The notes under the pieces were generated by a model. It was not told where the DNA came from. It ran no database searches and saw nothing but the letters and a program-made list of their open reading frames with translations. The position numbers and the translations under genes were made by a program. From Eledone cirrhosa (lineage: Eukaryota), in NCBI GenBank assembly GCA_964016885.1, contig CAXHJY010000720.1, positions 1-64,000 of the forward strand: DNA of 64,000 nt, given 5' to 3'. Of this stretch, positions 25,914 through 42,045 are shown piece by piece; position 1 is the first letter of the stretch; each line of letters opens with the position of its first letter.

Positions 25914-25937
25914 TATATAATACATATATATCTATAT

Positions 25938-26286
25938 ATAAATTAATAAAAATAATGAATAAAAACAAAAACAGTTCCTTATATTAAATTCATCATTTTA
26001 CGATCGTTTCTAGGATATATATGTGTGTGTTGGTATGTATATCATATATATCTATGTAAACATTTTACAAACTATCAGAGGGATTATACATACCTACACA
26101 TATATATGCTGTCTTCCTGAAGACAGCATATATAATCCCTCTGATAGTTTGTAAAATCTTTACATAGATATATATGATATACATACCAACACACACATAT
26201 ATATCCTAGAAACGATCGTAAAATGATGAATTTGTTAATATAAGGAACTGTTTCTTTGTTTTTATTCATTATTTTTATTAATTTAT
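25938..26286. repeat. Inverted repeat with about 150-bp arms, a central hairpin and a hammerhead-like core
   Basis: Arms 25938-26088 / 26131-26286; centre ATATGCTGTCTTC-CT-GAAGACAGCATAT; CTGAAGA at 26117 and GAAAC-GATC-GTA at 26209. Confidence 0.88.
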
Positions 26287-27081
26287 CTTGACTCTGTTTT
26301 CCTGTGTTTTTCATCGAAAAAATTTTGAATACATCTTCTCTTTTCATGATATTTGGATTACATTGAGTTTTTCATATGGATTGGACAATACCGTATATTT
26401 TGGTAGATTTATCTACATATCTACATATATGTATATACTGTTAAGGCTTTCTCTTTAATGTCTTATTATGATTATAACATATATTAGTAAATTCATTGAA
26501 AAATATTAAATCTTAAAATTTATATTATAGGAAAAGTTTTATTAATCTACAAAACATATCAGATAAATATTATTTCAAATAAACATTAAATCTAATTGCT
26601 GATATCGCTTTTGAAATCAAAACTATATATAACATTGAAAATATATAGTACTGAAAATAATATAATAAAACTACGATATATTTTTATTGAATTTTAAATG
26701 GATCATGATTAAAATCACGAAAAGATAAATTATATTTTATTCACATAAGCACATCTAAGAAAACGGGAATATAAATAATATAAATAATTCTAATTCTGAA
26801 TAAATGTGAAGTGTGTGTGTGTGTGTGTGTGTGTGTACACACACACATACACTTATACGCTTACTAATATATACATATGGTTCAAAAGGGAAGAAATAGC
26901 TTTATTGAAATTAACACATCATCCTAATATGATTGAGTATAGTAATATCGATTAGCTTGCACGTAATATCGATTAGCTTGCACGTGATATCGATTAGCTA
27001 ACAAGTCACAATATACAGTTATACATGCCTTTCCATCTGTCTCTCTAGTCATGCACGATTGGACACATACCCACACGTGAA

Positions 27082-28525
<1,444 letters not shown>

Positions 28526-28535
28526 AAAAAAAAAA

Positions 28536-28991
28536 AAAGGGCAAAGGAGCTCTTAAGAGTCAATGGCCATCCAAAATCACCGGGAGAGATGACCCCTTAG
28601 CCTTTGTCAAGGCAGAATTCTGGGAGAAGGAAAACTCTGATATAACACCTGCAACCCTGATGGTATCCAATGATGTTGACTTGTTCTTCTTTTTGGTAAA
28701 TATCATCTTGGTTAAGAGAGTGGGACTGGCTTTGTGCAGTGCCTTTGCTCACTATAAAAGCTTCACGGCGCAGGCATTGCTTTATATCTGGAGATCTCTC
28801 TGCACTTGTCGTCACATGGTACCATGGGCCCAGCACTATGTGTCAATAATTGTCACAGGTGTAGTGTTTGTACCAGAGTTTTCAAGTCGCTGGCTGGACT
28901 AAAAAGTCACACTCGTTCAGCGCATCGGTAGGGGTTCTCCTACATGGATATAAAGTAGTGGCCGTACTCGAAAACGAGTTGGCAGCCACCA
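28536..28991 (+). mobile_element. Left-truncated copy of the 554-bp TG..CA element
   Basis: About 5 substitutions versus 53340-53795; flanked by microsatellite arrays on both sides. Confidence 0.85.
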
Positions 28992-29340
28992 TGTGTATGT
29001 ATATATATATGTATGTGTATGTATATATATATGTATGTGTATGTATATATATATGTATGTGTATGTATATATATATGTATGTGTATGTATATATATATGT
29101 ATGTGTATGTATATATATATGTATGTGTATGTATATATATATGTATGTGTATGTATATATATATGTATGTGTATGTATATATATATGTATGTGGATATAT
29201 GTGTATATATGTATGTGGATATATGTGTATATATGTATGTGGATATATGTGTATATATGTATGTGGATATATGTGTATATATGTATGTGGATATATATGT
29301 ATATATATGTGGATATATGTGTATATATATGTGTATATGC

Positions 29341-29376
<36 letters not shown>

Positions 29377-29402
29377 ATATATATGTGTATATATATATAT
29401 AC
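28992..29402. repeat. 22-bp-period TA/TG minisatellite
   Basis: GTATGTGTATGTATATATATAT units, then GTATGTGGATATATGTGTATAT-like units. Confidence 0.93.
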
Positions 29403-29532
29403 ATCTTTTTCCATTCCATAGAAGGTTTTTTAACACCATTATCAGACTAAAATGTCTTTAGTCAAAAATACAGCGGAAGCTTCTATTTCTAATTTCAAAC
29501 TCGCTCGCAGTTTCAAAAACATACTGGTCATA

Positions 29533-29583
<51 letters not shown>

Positions 29584-30004
29584 CTGTATATGTGTCTGTA
29601 TATGTGTGTGTGCCTCTCGGTATATATATGCAAAAGTGAAACAAATAACAAAGCAAACATATTAGTTTTATGGTTGATATAGTAGGAAAAATGTCTTACA
29701 TGATATTTATTAGGCTAAGCGGAGGTAATTAGTACGTCCATAAATTCGGTCCTAGAGGGGGGCATAGCACTGTGTAAGTTAAAGGAAATTACCCTGGTAT
29801 GATTTAATACTGGGGGCTAACTTATTTTCATGGAATACAGTTAAGGTAGAAGACTACATAGAAGGAAAAAGCTCAATCTAGTCTCGACAACTTAAAAAAA
29901 AAAAATCTTGTTTCATGTAATCAGCGGTTGAAGACTTCCAAACAAGTATTTATACGTGCTTCAACTCATGCACACACACAAACTTACATTAAATTTTACT
30001 TGTA

Positions 30005-30194
30005 GGGCGGTGAATTGGCAGTATCGGTAGTGGGTCGGACGCCATGCTTTGACGTATAGAGTTACGGCCCTTGCCATTCTGAGTTCAAATCCCGACAAGG
30101 TTAACTTTGCCTTTCATCCTTACGGGGTAGATAAAATAAAGTACCAGTAATGCACTGGGTAATTGCTGGCCTTGTGCCTAACGTAGAAACAATT
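30005..30194 (+). mobile_element. SINE family A, full length, 19-bp TSD
   Basis: ATTAAATTTTACTTGTAGG at 29988 and 30192. Confidence 0.93.
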
Positions 30195-31039
30195 AAATTT
30201 TACTTGTAGGAAAATAATATTCAAAACAAAAAGGGAGAACATTTGGCGCGAAGATTCCTTTTTTGTTCGTTCAACAATCGCTGTAAGTCAATTTTAGATT
30301 AAATCCTTAAAAATCTGGTTATAAGTTTATTATAGAAGGAGAAACAAAGCTGACATTTTTATGTATTGGATTTATTTCCAGTAATAAAATATTCATGAGT
30401 GATAAGCCTTGAATTAATCCTTTGGAATGTGTTAGCCTCAATATGTTTGATTTACTGAATATAAACATATTTAATACCTGAGTATTTAGATAAATATAGT
30501 CATATATTGCCACTGGTATCGTGTTTTATTCGTTATATTTCGTTGGAGAAATGCACCAACAATCACATTTTCTTCTTGATAAAAATAGATACAACTTTAT
30601 GGAGACCATATATATAGATGTGTTGAAGCATACCATAAACACGTTTGTCATTAATGGAAAATGTACACGATTAAGAAAAAGCTTATAATGTTCTTCAGTA
30701 GAATCCAATCATAAAATATTTAGGTAAACAATGTCGGTGCTCTTAATAATAATCTCTTGAATTAGTAAAATGTGTTGATGATGAGAAAATGCTACTCGAA
30801 ATGACTGCCATAACAATGTTTACAGAGGCTATTTCTTAGAAAGTGGGTATCAACATGTGATGATTATTATTATTATTATTAAGTTTAGTCATTTCAATCA
30901 TTTCAATTATAAAAGGAATCATAGGTACTTTCTGTAAGAGTGAAATGTTTATTTTTTAAATTTAATTTCAAATGTCGGGGCAGTCCCGAATTTGATGCCA
31001 TTAGGAAGGAAAGCTTCATTATGGTTTCCCCCAAATTAT

Positions 31040-31400
31040 GGATATATCATTGTACGTAAAAGGAGAGTAAGATTTACTGGCCACTGCCATCGTGCCACCT
31101 CTGAGGCTTTGTCCCCATTAGTGCTTTGGAAACCACAAGCAATCACTAATAACAGGGGGCGCAAGCTTTCCTATCCCGATTTGCTGGCCACTGCCATCGT
31201 GCCACCTCTGAGGCTGTGTCTCCGTTAATACTTTGGAAACCACAAGCGGTCCCTAATAACAGGGGACACACTCTCCTAACCCGATGTCATCTCCAGAGAT
31301 TCTGGTATTGAAATCCAGGACTTGGCAACGGCAATGAACGACAGACCCACGTGGAGATCAATTGTTGAGTCCATTTCGGCTGAGGCCGCCGGATGATGGA
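31040..31400 (+). mobile_element. RTE-like LINE 3' remnant with an internal duplication of about 107 bp
   Basis: RRVRFTGHCHR..LVLWKP..RGRKLSYPD..ISRDSGIEIQDLATAMNDR; TGGCCACTGCCATCGTGCCACCTCTGAGGCT occurs at 31078 and 31185. Confidence 0.82.
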
Positions 31401-31509
31401 TATATAGATAGGATATGCGGTTATGGAAGTCGTTTTGCAACCAAGTGTTTCATGATTCGCAATTAGCCTACAGCGAAATTCCATAAACATTTGTACCTAC
31501 ATATATAGT

Positions 31510-31872
31510 GAAGGCGCGTGGTTTAGTGGTAAGGGTATTGGACTTTACTATCATAATATCGTGGGTTCGATTCCTGAGCACGTTGTTCCAGTATATTTAG
31601 CTGAAAATAAATACCAGTTATAGCTGGAGGCTAACCTTGTGATAGACTGGCGTCCTATCCAGGGGAGATTCTTGTACTCTCAGTCGCTTCACGCCATGAA
31701 ACCAGGATAAGCCCTGTCCTAACGAGCCTTAAATGGCTTAGGACAGACTTTAACACTGCGATGGACTAGCGTCCTGTCCAGGGGATGTCTTGTACTCTCA
31801 GTCGTTTCACGCCATGCATGAAACCGGGATAAGCACCGGTGTAGCGACCTTTTTGGCTTAAGACAGACTTTA
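31510..31872 (+). mobile_element. tRNA-headed SINE (family B-related) with duplicated 3' segment
   Basis: TGGTTTAGTGG A-box, GGTTCGATTCC B-box; GCGTCCT.TCCAGGGG..CTTGTACTCTCAGTCG occurs twice. Confidence 0.75.
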
Positions 31873-31878
31873 GCAAAA

Positions 31879-32146
31879 CCTTGGGTAAGGGTCCTTGGGT
31901 AAGAGTCCTTGGGTAAGAGTCCTTGGGTAAGAGTCCTTGGGTAAGAGTCCTTGGGTAAGAGTCCTTGGGTAAGAGTCCTTGGGTAAGAGTCCTTGGGTAA
32001 GAGTCCTTGGGTAAGAGTCCTTGGGTAAGAGTCCTTGGGTAAGAGTCCTTGGGTAAGAGTCCTTGGGTAAGGGTCCTTGGGTAAGGGTCCTTGGGTAAGG
32101 GCCTTTGGGTAAGGGCCCTTGGGCAAGGGCCCTTGGGTAAGAGTCT
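31879..32146. repeat. 14-bp minisatellite (CCTTGGGTAAGAGT)n, about 19 units
   Basis: Direct reading; abuts the SINE tail. Confidence 0.95.
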
Positions 32147-33474
32147 TTAAACGTAACCTTTAATGGACCAACGACTTATGGGTTTGAATCGATGATTTGA
32201 TGATGATAGAATAGAGGACATCATCTTAGTTTTGACTTCTCTGTGTGAGATGTAAAAAGTTCCAATGTAGATCTGCCGCCATTATTGTATTTCTACATAG
32301 GAGATATTGTCAATTTATTTTACATAAAAATACATCCCTTTTCTCCTGAGAACGCCATAGCAATCACAAAAGGATAACCCTTGTCATATTGTTGTGTAAC
32401 CTTCTATATATGAAGAAATATATGGCCGATTCTTCCTTTCATCTCGTTCTCTCTCATCTCGTTCTCTCTCATCTCGTTCTCTCTCATCTCGTTCTCTCTC
32501 TCATGTCGTTCTCTCTCCCCTCTCTCATCTATTTCTCTTCCTCTCTCATTCCCCCCCTTATCCCCCTCTCTCATCCCCCAATTTCTCTCCCTCTCTCATC
32601 CCCCAATTTCTCTCCCTCTCCTCCGAATCTTTCTCTCCTCCCTTTTATCTTCTCAATAATCGTGAGTCAATGAATGGAAATACATTCACATCTTATTCCA
32701 CCATTTTTCAACTCTCTATAACTTCCAGTAATCGGTCAACGAAACCCATTTCCTTATTTCTATTCCTTTCTATTCATAATTGTGAAGCAAAATTTACCCC
32801 ATGTCATCTTCAATCGATATCAGATATAGGTAATTGTCTTTCATTCTCTTTCATACTTTAAATATTTCTATATTCCAGATAATGATAATTTAATGATAGG
32901 TTGATGGTATCTATTAACCACGTAACATTCAATTTTATCATTTTATCATGTTATTCATAAATGCTTTCTAACTGTTGATATATTACACTATGTAAATATG
33001 TATGCAGATGTATAAACACAGAGACAGGTACAGAAACATACATACAGATCTCTCTCTCTCTCTATTGCTACATTTGGGGAGGGTCATATTTTTATAATAT
33101 TGCCAGAAATAATAATAAAGCACACTCACTGTTTGGTATGGATTGGTTTTCGCTTTTGTATCTTTTATATCTCTATAGTTAATTTATATGGCAAACAATG
33201 TTTCTCATTGATTGACCAAAGATTGAAAATATAGATATATATAGACGATCAAAGTTTTTTCATCACACACCTGTGACATCAGCAGTAGTACTATTGTTTC
33301 CTCCCACTGCATTGTAATGTATATGCTATTGTAATGGCATAGAGATTAAAATAAAACGGGGTGGTAAAATCTAGGTAGACTAATAACCCACCAGGGTACT
33401 CGATACTTGGGATAGTAGAGTGGGTAATATGAACAGATTTTCATATATAATGATATATATATATATATATCATC

Positions 33475-33724
33475 TTGACCGACCAGTCTGTCGGGCGCCA
33501 ATTGGCGCCGCTGGTCACAGCACGTCGTGCTGTTTTAGCCATAAGATAACGCCATCCCACTGGCTGGCAGGGTGGGCTGGTACTCATTTATACAGCAGAG
33601 TAAACTGGAGCAACGTGAAATAAAGTGTCTTGCTCAAGGAAACAACACATCACCCGGTCCGAGAATTAAACCCGCAACCTTTCGATTCCAAGGCCAATGC
33701 TTTAACCACGAAGCCATGCGCCTT
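33475..33724 (-). mobile_element. CORE-type SINE family B
   Basis: Reverse complement AAGGCGCATGGCTTCGTGGTTAAAGCATTGG..CCTTGAGCAAGACACTTTATTTCACG matches 231-372. Confidence 0.85.
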
Positions 33725-33731
33725 CTTACGC

Positions 33732-33798
<67 letters not shown>

Positions 33799-34155
33799 CA
33801 CAACACACTAACTACACAATCGGTACAATATATGGAAGGAATATATTAGTTTAACGCTTGAAATAGCAGGAAGAGGGTCTTAACGTTTCGGACGCTACGC
33901 ATGCAACTGCCTCCCCGAGATCATTTCCGAATATTTAGACACTGTCCTCGTCCCGTTAGTCGACAATCTCCCCTCCCATATCCACGATACCAATCATGTC
34001 CTTAGACTCTTCATAAAATTATAACTGAATTCGAAACTGAGACCAGGAGATAACTAATATCTAAGAGTTCAGATATCATAATAACGTGATTTGTAGCGAA
34101 GGAGCCATTAGATATTGTTCTAAGATAAATATCTAGATATCTTTGAACAATACTT

Positions 34156-34703
34156 AATTGTTTCTAATTTTGGCACAAGGCCTGCAATTACTCAGTACAT
34201 TACTGGTACTTTATTTTATCGACCCCCATAAGGATGAAAGGCAAAGTAAACCTCGGCGGGATTTGAACTCAGAATGGCAAGGGCCGTAACTCTATGCGTC
34301 AAAGCATGGCGTCCGACCCTCTACCGATACTGCCACTAATAATAATGGTTTCTTATATAGGCACAAGGCCAGTAATTTGGGGGGTGGGGGGAGGGGAAAG
34401 CCGATTAAATCGACCCCAGTGCGTGACTGGTACTTTATTTTATCGTCCCCGTAAGGATGAAAGGCAAAGTTAAGCTCGGCGGGATTTGAATTCAGAATGG
34501 AAAGGGCCGTAACTCTATGCGTCAATGCATGGCACCCGGTAGAGGGTTGGACGGCATGCTTTGACGCATAGTTATCTCCCTTTATGGTCTGAGTTCAAAT
34601 CCCGCCGAGGTTAACTTTGCTTTCATCATTACAGGGTCGATAAAATAAAGTACCAGTAATGTACTGGGTATTTGCTGGCCTTGTGCCAAAAGTAGAAACA
34701 ATT
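34156..34703. mobile_element. SINE family A trio: minus dimer (34156-34535) head-to-head with a plus copy (34537-34703)
   Basis: Family motifs; the outer 31-bp flanks are reverse complements of each other. Confidence 0.9.
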
Positions 34704-35414
34704 AAGTATTGTGCAAAGATATCTAGATATTTATAAATGAATCAGTGTACAACATTTATCGCTCACTCGATACAGGACATATGTGCAAGACAAAGCGAAG
34801 AAAATGGTCGAAGATTCCCAACTAGATAATATACAATAGAATAAAATACTTGGAGACTGATATTTTATTATGTGTTTTATGGAACCTACAAACAGATATT
34901 GATCCGGATATATCTCTAGGGACCAATAAATGTCTAGAAAATTAAATTATCATTGCGTTCCAAACTCTTATACCAAACCTGATGATGTCAAACTATTTTG
35001 GTGATGATGGTGGTGATGACAGTGGTGTTGGTGGTGGGACCTTATTTACACTTATATTTAACTTCGGCCCACAAGCAAATTTTGAATAATATTCAATGAA
35101 ATCAATTCAACAATGTAATAATAATAATAGTAATAATAGTAATAATAAAATAGAGAAAAAAGTGAAATGAAAACAATATGGCAGATTTGTTGATTATGGA
35201 GATGAAAGAAAGTGAGAAATATATTAGAAAATATATTTTTCTTATATGAAAAAATTGTCCATTAAATTCTTTTTCCAAAACTTCAAAAACCAGTTATAAA
35301 CATAAAAGAAAATGTGTATGTGTATAGCTCTGGATGTAAAGAGTGTGTATATAACAGTTCTGTTGTCTGTGTGTTTGTGTGTAGTGTGTGGTGGTAAAGT
35401 GTGTGTATCTAATA

Positions 35415-35449
<35 letters not shown>

Positions 35450-35518
35450 TATATATATATATATGTGTGTGTGTGTATATATATAGTTCTCTTGTCTGTG
35501 TGTTTGTGTGTGGAAGTA

Positions 35519-35557
<39 letters not shown>

Positions 35558-35892
35558 CGGTTGTGTGTATGCTTGTATAGTTGTGTGTATAGTTCTTTTG
35601 TCTATGTGCTTGTGTAGTTGTCGTTTGTATGTGATTTATTATGAAAAATAGTATTATACCTAAAGAAGAGTGAATTAAACTTTTCATATGGAAGTCTGAA
35701 ACGCAGTGACGACTGTAAAGTAAGTTCTCTGTCTACTAAAATAACAGATATTTCACTAGTTCTACGCAACTGATGAGGATTTAAAAAGTTAATCGAATGA
35801 AACTAAAAAATAAAATAAGGAAAAATATAATATATAATACATATATATATATTATGTATATATATATGTGTGTGTGTATATATATATATATA

Positions 35893-36082
35893 TGGCGGTG
35901 GATTGGCAGTATCGGTAGATGGACGGACGCCATGCTTTGCAGCAGAGTTACGCCCCTTTATGGACTGAGTTCAAATCCCGCCGAGGTTAACTTTGCCTTT
36001 CATCCTTACGAGGTCGATAAAATAAAAGTACCAGTAATGCACTGGCTATTTGCTGGCCTTGTGCCAAAAACAAGAAACAATT
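35893..36082 (+). mobile_element. SINE family A, full length
   Basis: Head GGCGGTGGATTGGCAG to tail GAAACAATT. Confidence 0.92.
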
Positions 36083-36158
36083 ATATTTTATATTATATAT
36101 ATTATATATTATACACATATATTATATGTATATATATTATTTATACATATATATATAC

Positions 36159-36189
<31 letters not shown>

Positions 36190-36289
36190 CATATATGTCA
36201 TATATTTTATATCATATATATATATATTATACACATATATATATTTAATTATTTTTATGTGTGTGTGTGTGTATATATATATATAAATA

Positions 36290-36622
36290 TACTATATATA
36301 TATACTTTATAAATATATACTTTATATATATATACACTTTATATATATAGTATATATATATATACTTTATATATATAAAGCATATATATATATATAAAGC
36401 ATATATATATATATATAAAGCATATATATATATATATATAAAGCATATATATATATATATATAAAGCATATATATATATATATATATATAAAGCATATAT
36501 ATATATATATATAAAGCATATATATATATATATAAAGCATATATATATATATATATAAAGCATATATATATATATATAAAGCATATATATATATATATAT
36601 AAAGCATATATATATATATAAA

Positions 36623-36663
<41 letters not shown>

Positions 36664-37326
36664 AAGCATATATATATATATATATAAAGCATATATATAT
36701 ATTTATATAAAGCATAAATATATATATATATATATAAAGCATATATATATATATAAAGCATATATATATATTTATATAAAGCATATATATATATAAAGCA
36801 TATATATATATAAAGCATATATATATATTTATATAAAGCATATATATATATTTATATAAAGCATATATATATATATATATAAAGCATATATATATATATA
36901 TATAAAGCATATATATATATATATATATATAAAGCATATATATATATATATATAAAGCATATATATATATATAAAGCATATATATATATATATATATAAA
37001 GCATATATATATATATATATATAAAGCATATATATATATATATATATAAAGCATATATATATATATATATAAAGCATATATATATATATATATATAAAGC
37101 ATATATATATATATATATAAAGCATATATATATATATATATAAAGCATATATATATATATAAAGCATATATATATATATATATATAAAGCATATATATAT
37201 ATATATATATATAAAGCATATATATATATATAAAGCATATATATATATATATATATAAAGCATATATATATATATATAAAGCATATATATATATATATAT
37301 AAAGCATATATATATATATATATAAA

Positions 37327-37374
<48 letters not shown>

Positions 37375-37911
37375 CATATATATAAATATATAAAGCATAT
37401 ATATAAATATATAAAGCATATATATAAATATATAAAGCATATATATAAATATATAAAGCATATATATAAATATATAAAGCATATATATAAATATATAAAG
37501 CATATATATAAATATATAAAGCATATATATAAATATATAAAGCATATATATAAAGCATATATATAAATATATAAAGCATATATATAAATATATAAAGCAT
37601 ATATATAAATATATAAAGCATATATATAAATATATAAAGCATATATATAAATATATAAAGCATATATATAAATATATAAAGCATATATATAAATATATAA
37701 AGCATATATATAAATATATAAAGCATATATATAAATATATAAAGCATATATATAAATATATAAAGCATATATATAAATATATAAAGCATATATATAAATA
37801 TATAAAGCATATATATAAATATATAAAGCATATATATAAATATATAAAGCATATATATAAATATATAAAGCATATATATAAATATATAAAGCATATATAT
37901 AAATATATAAA

Positions 37912-37958
<47 letters not shown>

Positions 37959-38183
37959 GTGTATTTATATATATATATATATATATAAAGTGTGTATTTA
38001 TATATATATATATATATAAAGTGTGTATTTATATATATATATATATATAAAGTGTGTATTTATATATATATATAAAGTGTATATATATTATATATATATA
38101 TATATATAAAGTGTATATATATTATATATATATATATATATAAAGTGTATATATATTATATATATATATATATATAAAGTGTA

Positions 38184-38214
<31 letters not shown>

Positions 38215-38221
38215 AAGTGTA

Positions 38222-38252
<31 letters not shown>

Positions 38253-38295
38253 AAGTGTATATATATTATATATATATATATATATATAAAGTGTA

Positions 38296-38338
<43 letters not shown>

Positions 38339-38341
38339 GTA

Positions 38342-38372
<31 letters not shown>

Positions 38373-38379
38373 AAGTGTA

Positions 38380-38422
<43 letters not shown>

Positions 38423-38425
38423 GTA

Positions 38426-38456
<31 letters not shown>

Positions 38457-38463
38457 AAGTGTA

Positions 38464-38494
<31 letters not shown>

Positions 38495-38501
38495 AAGTGT
38501 A

Positions 38502-38532
<31 letters not shown>

Positions 38533-38539
38533 AAGTGTA

Positions 38540-38572
<33 letters not shown>

Positions 38573-38579
38573 AAGTGTA

Positions 38580-38612
<33 letters not shown>

Positions 38613-38619
38613 AAGTGTA

Positions 38620-38652
<33 letters not shown>

Positions 38653-38659
38653 AAGTGTA

Positions 38660-38692
<33 letters not shown>

Positions 38693-38699
38693 AAGTGTA

Positions 38700-38732
<33 letters not shown>

Positions 38733-38810
38733 AAGTGTATATATATTATATATATATATATATATAAAGTGTATATATATATATATAAAGTGTGTATATA
38801 TATATATATA
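36290..38810. repeat. Punctuated (TA)n arrays: AAAGC(AT)n, a fixed 21-bp unit (37371-37915), then AAAGTG(TA)n
   Basis: Direct reading. Confidence 0.97.
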
Positions 38811-39319
38811 TGATATACGCACACATACACACGCCATTACTTACCACTTAGCCTACAACCTATATAACATCGGTTTCTTATCAGTTTCTTATCAGTTTCT
38901 TGAAAGAAAACCCAATATTTACAAGTGGCACGAGTAGAATTAATCTATTATATCTTTCAATTGTTTACATTAAATCTGTTTTTTTATTATAGCTTCCGTT
39001 TAATTATAACTATTCCCACAATCCGAACCGAAACCTCCATTCAAGCAATTATCAATGAGATAAGCGACTCACCAATCCTGTTGATAATAACGTCCATTAA
39101 TTCTGAAGTCAACATCACAACATATCAATTCTTCTTATTGTTATTCTTAATCTCTATGAAGCAATCCAGACTCCATGTCATCTATGGAATGTTCCATTCC
39201 TCGATTCCATTTGGCTATTTTTTTTTCATTTGTTTATTCGTTAATGTATTTTTTAATGTGTTTTTGTGTGTGTTCCAGCTTTTTATGATTCCTCAGTTGT
39301 TGTTCGTGTTTAGGTACGT

Positions 39320-40458
<1,139 letters not shown>

Positions 40459-40459
40459 A

Positions 40460-40643
40460 TTGGATTGGCAGTATCGGTAGAGGGTCGGACGCCATGCTTT
40501 GCAGTATAGCGTTACGACCTTTTACGTTTGAGTTCAAAATACCGCTGAGGATAATTTACCTTTCATCCTTACGGTGTCGATAAAATAAAGTACCAGTAAT
40601 ACACTGGTGTAATTGCTGGCCTTGTGCCAAAAGTAGAAACAAT
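40460..40643 (+). mobile_element. SINE family A
   Basis: Head, core and tail motifs. Confidence 0.9.
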
Positions 40644-40649
40644 TTGAAG

Positions 40650-40800
40650 AAGTTTGGCTGATAGAGTAGTAAAAGGCATTCCCATAATTGTTGCTTGTCT
40701 TGGTATCTTGGGTTACAATTTTGTTGCGGGAACTTCTTTACATGTCATTCTTTTGAGATCAATAAACAAAGTATGAGAGGTAGTGTTTCTTTGCACCAGT
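40650..40800 (-). mobile_element. Possible decayed LINE RT fragment
   Basis: Minus translation HTLFIDLKR resembles the RT motif FID(L/F)KKAFD; nothing else is conserved. Confidence 0.3.
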
Positions 40801-40946
40801 TGTACCCTGATTTAGTGGTTGTCTCTGTCTTTTAGACTTATTATAGATATGACAACAATATCTAATATTGTTTATTGGTTTCTCTCTCTCTATTTACATA
40901 TATATAATATATATATATATATGCCTCTTTCTCTCTCTCTATTTAC

Positions 40947-40990
<44 letters not shown>

Positions 40991-41094
40991 TACTTCTTTC
41001 TCTCTCTCTATTTACATATATTTTTTATTTGAATTTTCCACTGAGAAACATAATCGTCATAGATATTATATATGTTATGATTTCTTAAATTCTC

Positions 41095-41137
<43 letters not shown>

Positions 41138-41721
41138 ACGAAGGAAGGGTGGTAAGGAACCAGATGCCGTCTGGTTCCTTACCACACTTGTATACATAGA
41201 CACAGACACAGAGGCAGACAGAAAGAGAGAGTTACGAAGGGAAAAATATAAACACAGGAATGCAGATATACGCAGTTATATTAGGTTCACGCTTGGAGGA
41301 GATGTTTGACAAATTCTGCTCACAAAGTATTTGCCGATCGGAGTCTATTGTAAAAGACACACGTCCTTAGTGATATGTTGCAGGAATGAACCCAGAACAA
41401 GATGGCTGTGAAGTGAGCTACTAAGACACGAAGATCAATATGTGTGGCTATGTCATTCCTTTAAAAGAACCCACTAACCTGGGATATGTAATGTGTTTAG
41501 CTTCTATATCCTAATAAAAGTTATATATATATATATATATATGTAGGAGGTGAGTTTTATTGTAGTACAATAAAGCAATGCAGATATCGGATAAGAAGCA
41601 CTCTACAGTTTGTAGGACTGGAGTATACATAATATATAAGAACAAAAGATGGTTAATTATATGTTGATTTAAAACTGCACTATCCACAAGTGTTTTTTAA
41701 CCTTCATATCATGTCTTCCTG

Positions 41722-41780
41722 TTTTATCTGATGAAAACACATATTATTGCATGATGATATTTGTTTTTGAAATGCGCATA

Positions 41781-41783
<3 letters not shown>
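41722..41783 (+). ncRNA. Hammerhead-like motif, second copy of 7509-7579 with truncated stem I
   Basis: TTTTAT-CTGATGA-AAACAC..GTTTTT-GAAA-TGCGCA-TA-ATA. Confidence 0.6.
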
Positions 41784-41819
<36 letters not shown>

Positions 41820-41844
41820 CTGAGTGCGTATATATAATGTATAA

Positions 41845-42023
41845 TAATTGTTTCTACTTTTGGCACAAGGCCAGCAATTGTCCCAGTGTATTACTGGTAC
41901 TTTGTTATCGACCCCCGTAAGGATGAAAGGCAAAGTTAACCTCGACTGGATTTGAACTCAGACCGTAAAGGGACGTAACTATGCTAGAAAGCATGGCGTC
42001 CGACCCTCTACCGATACTGCCAA
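41845..42023 (-). mobile_element. SINE family A
   Basis: Family motifs. Confidence 0.9.
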
Positions 42024-42045
42024 AGCTACGTATAGGGGCCGTTAA

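Noticed and set aside
28597-28902. 79-aa and 80-aa ORFs conserved in both copies of the 554-bp element
   Set aside because: Conservation reflects about 99% DNA identity; no recognisable domain.
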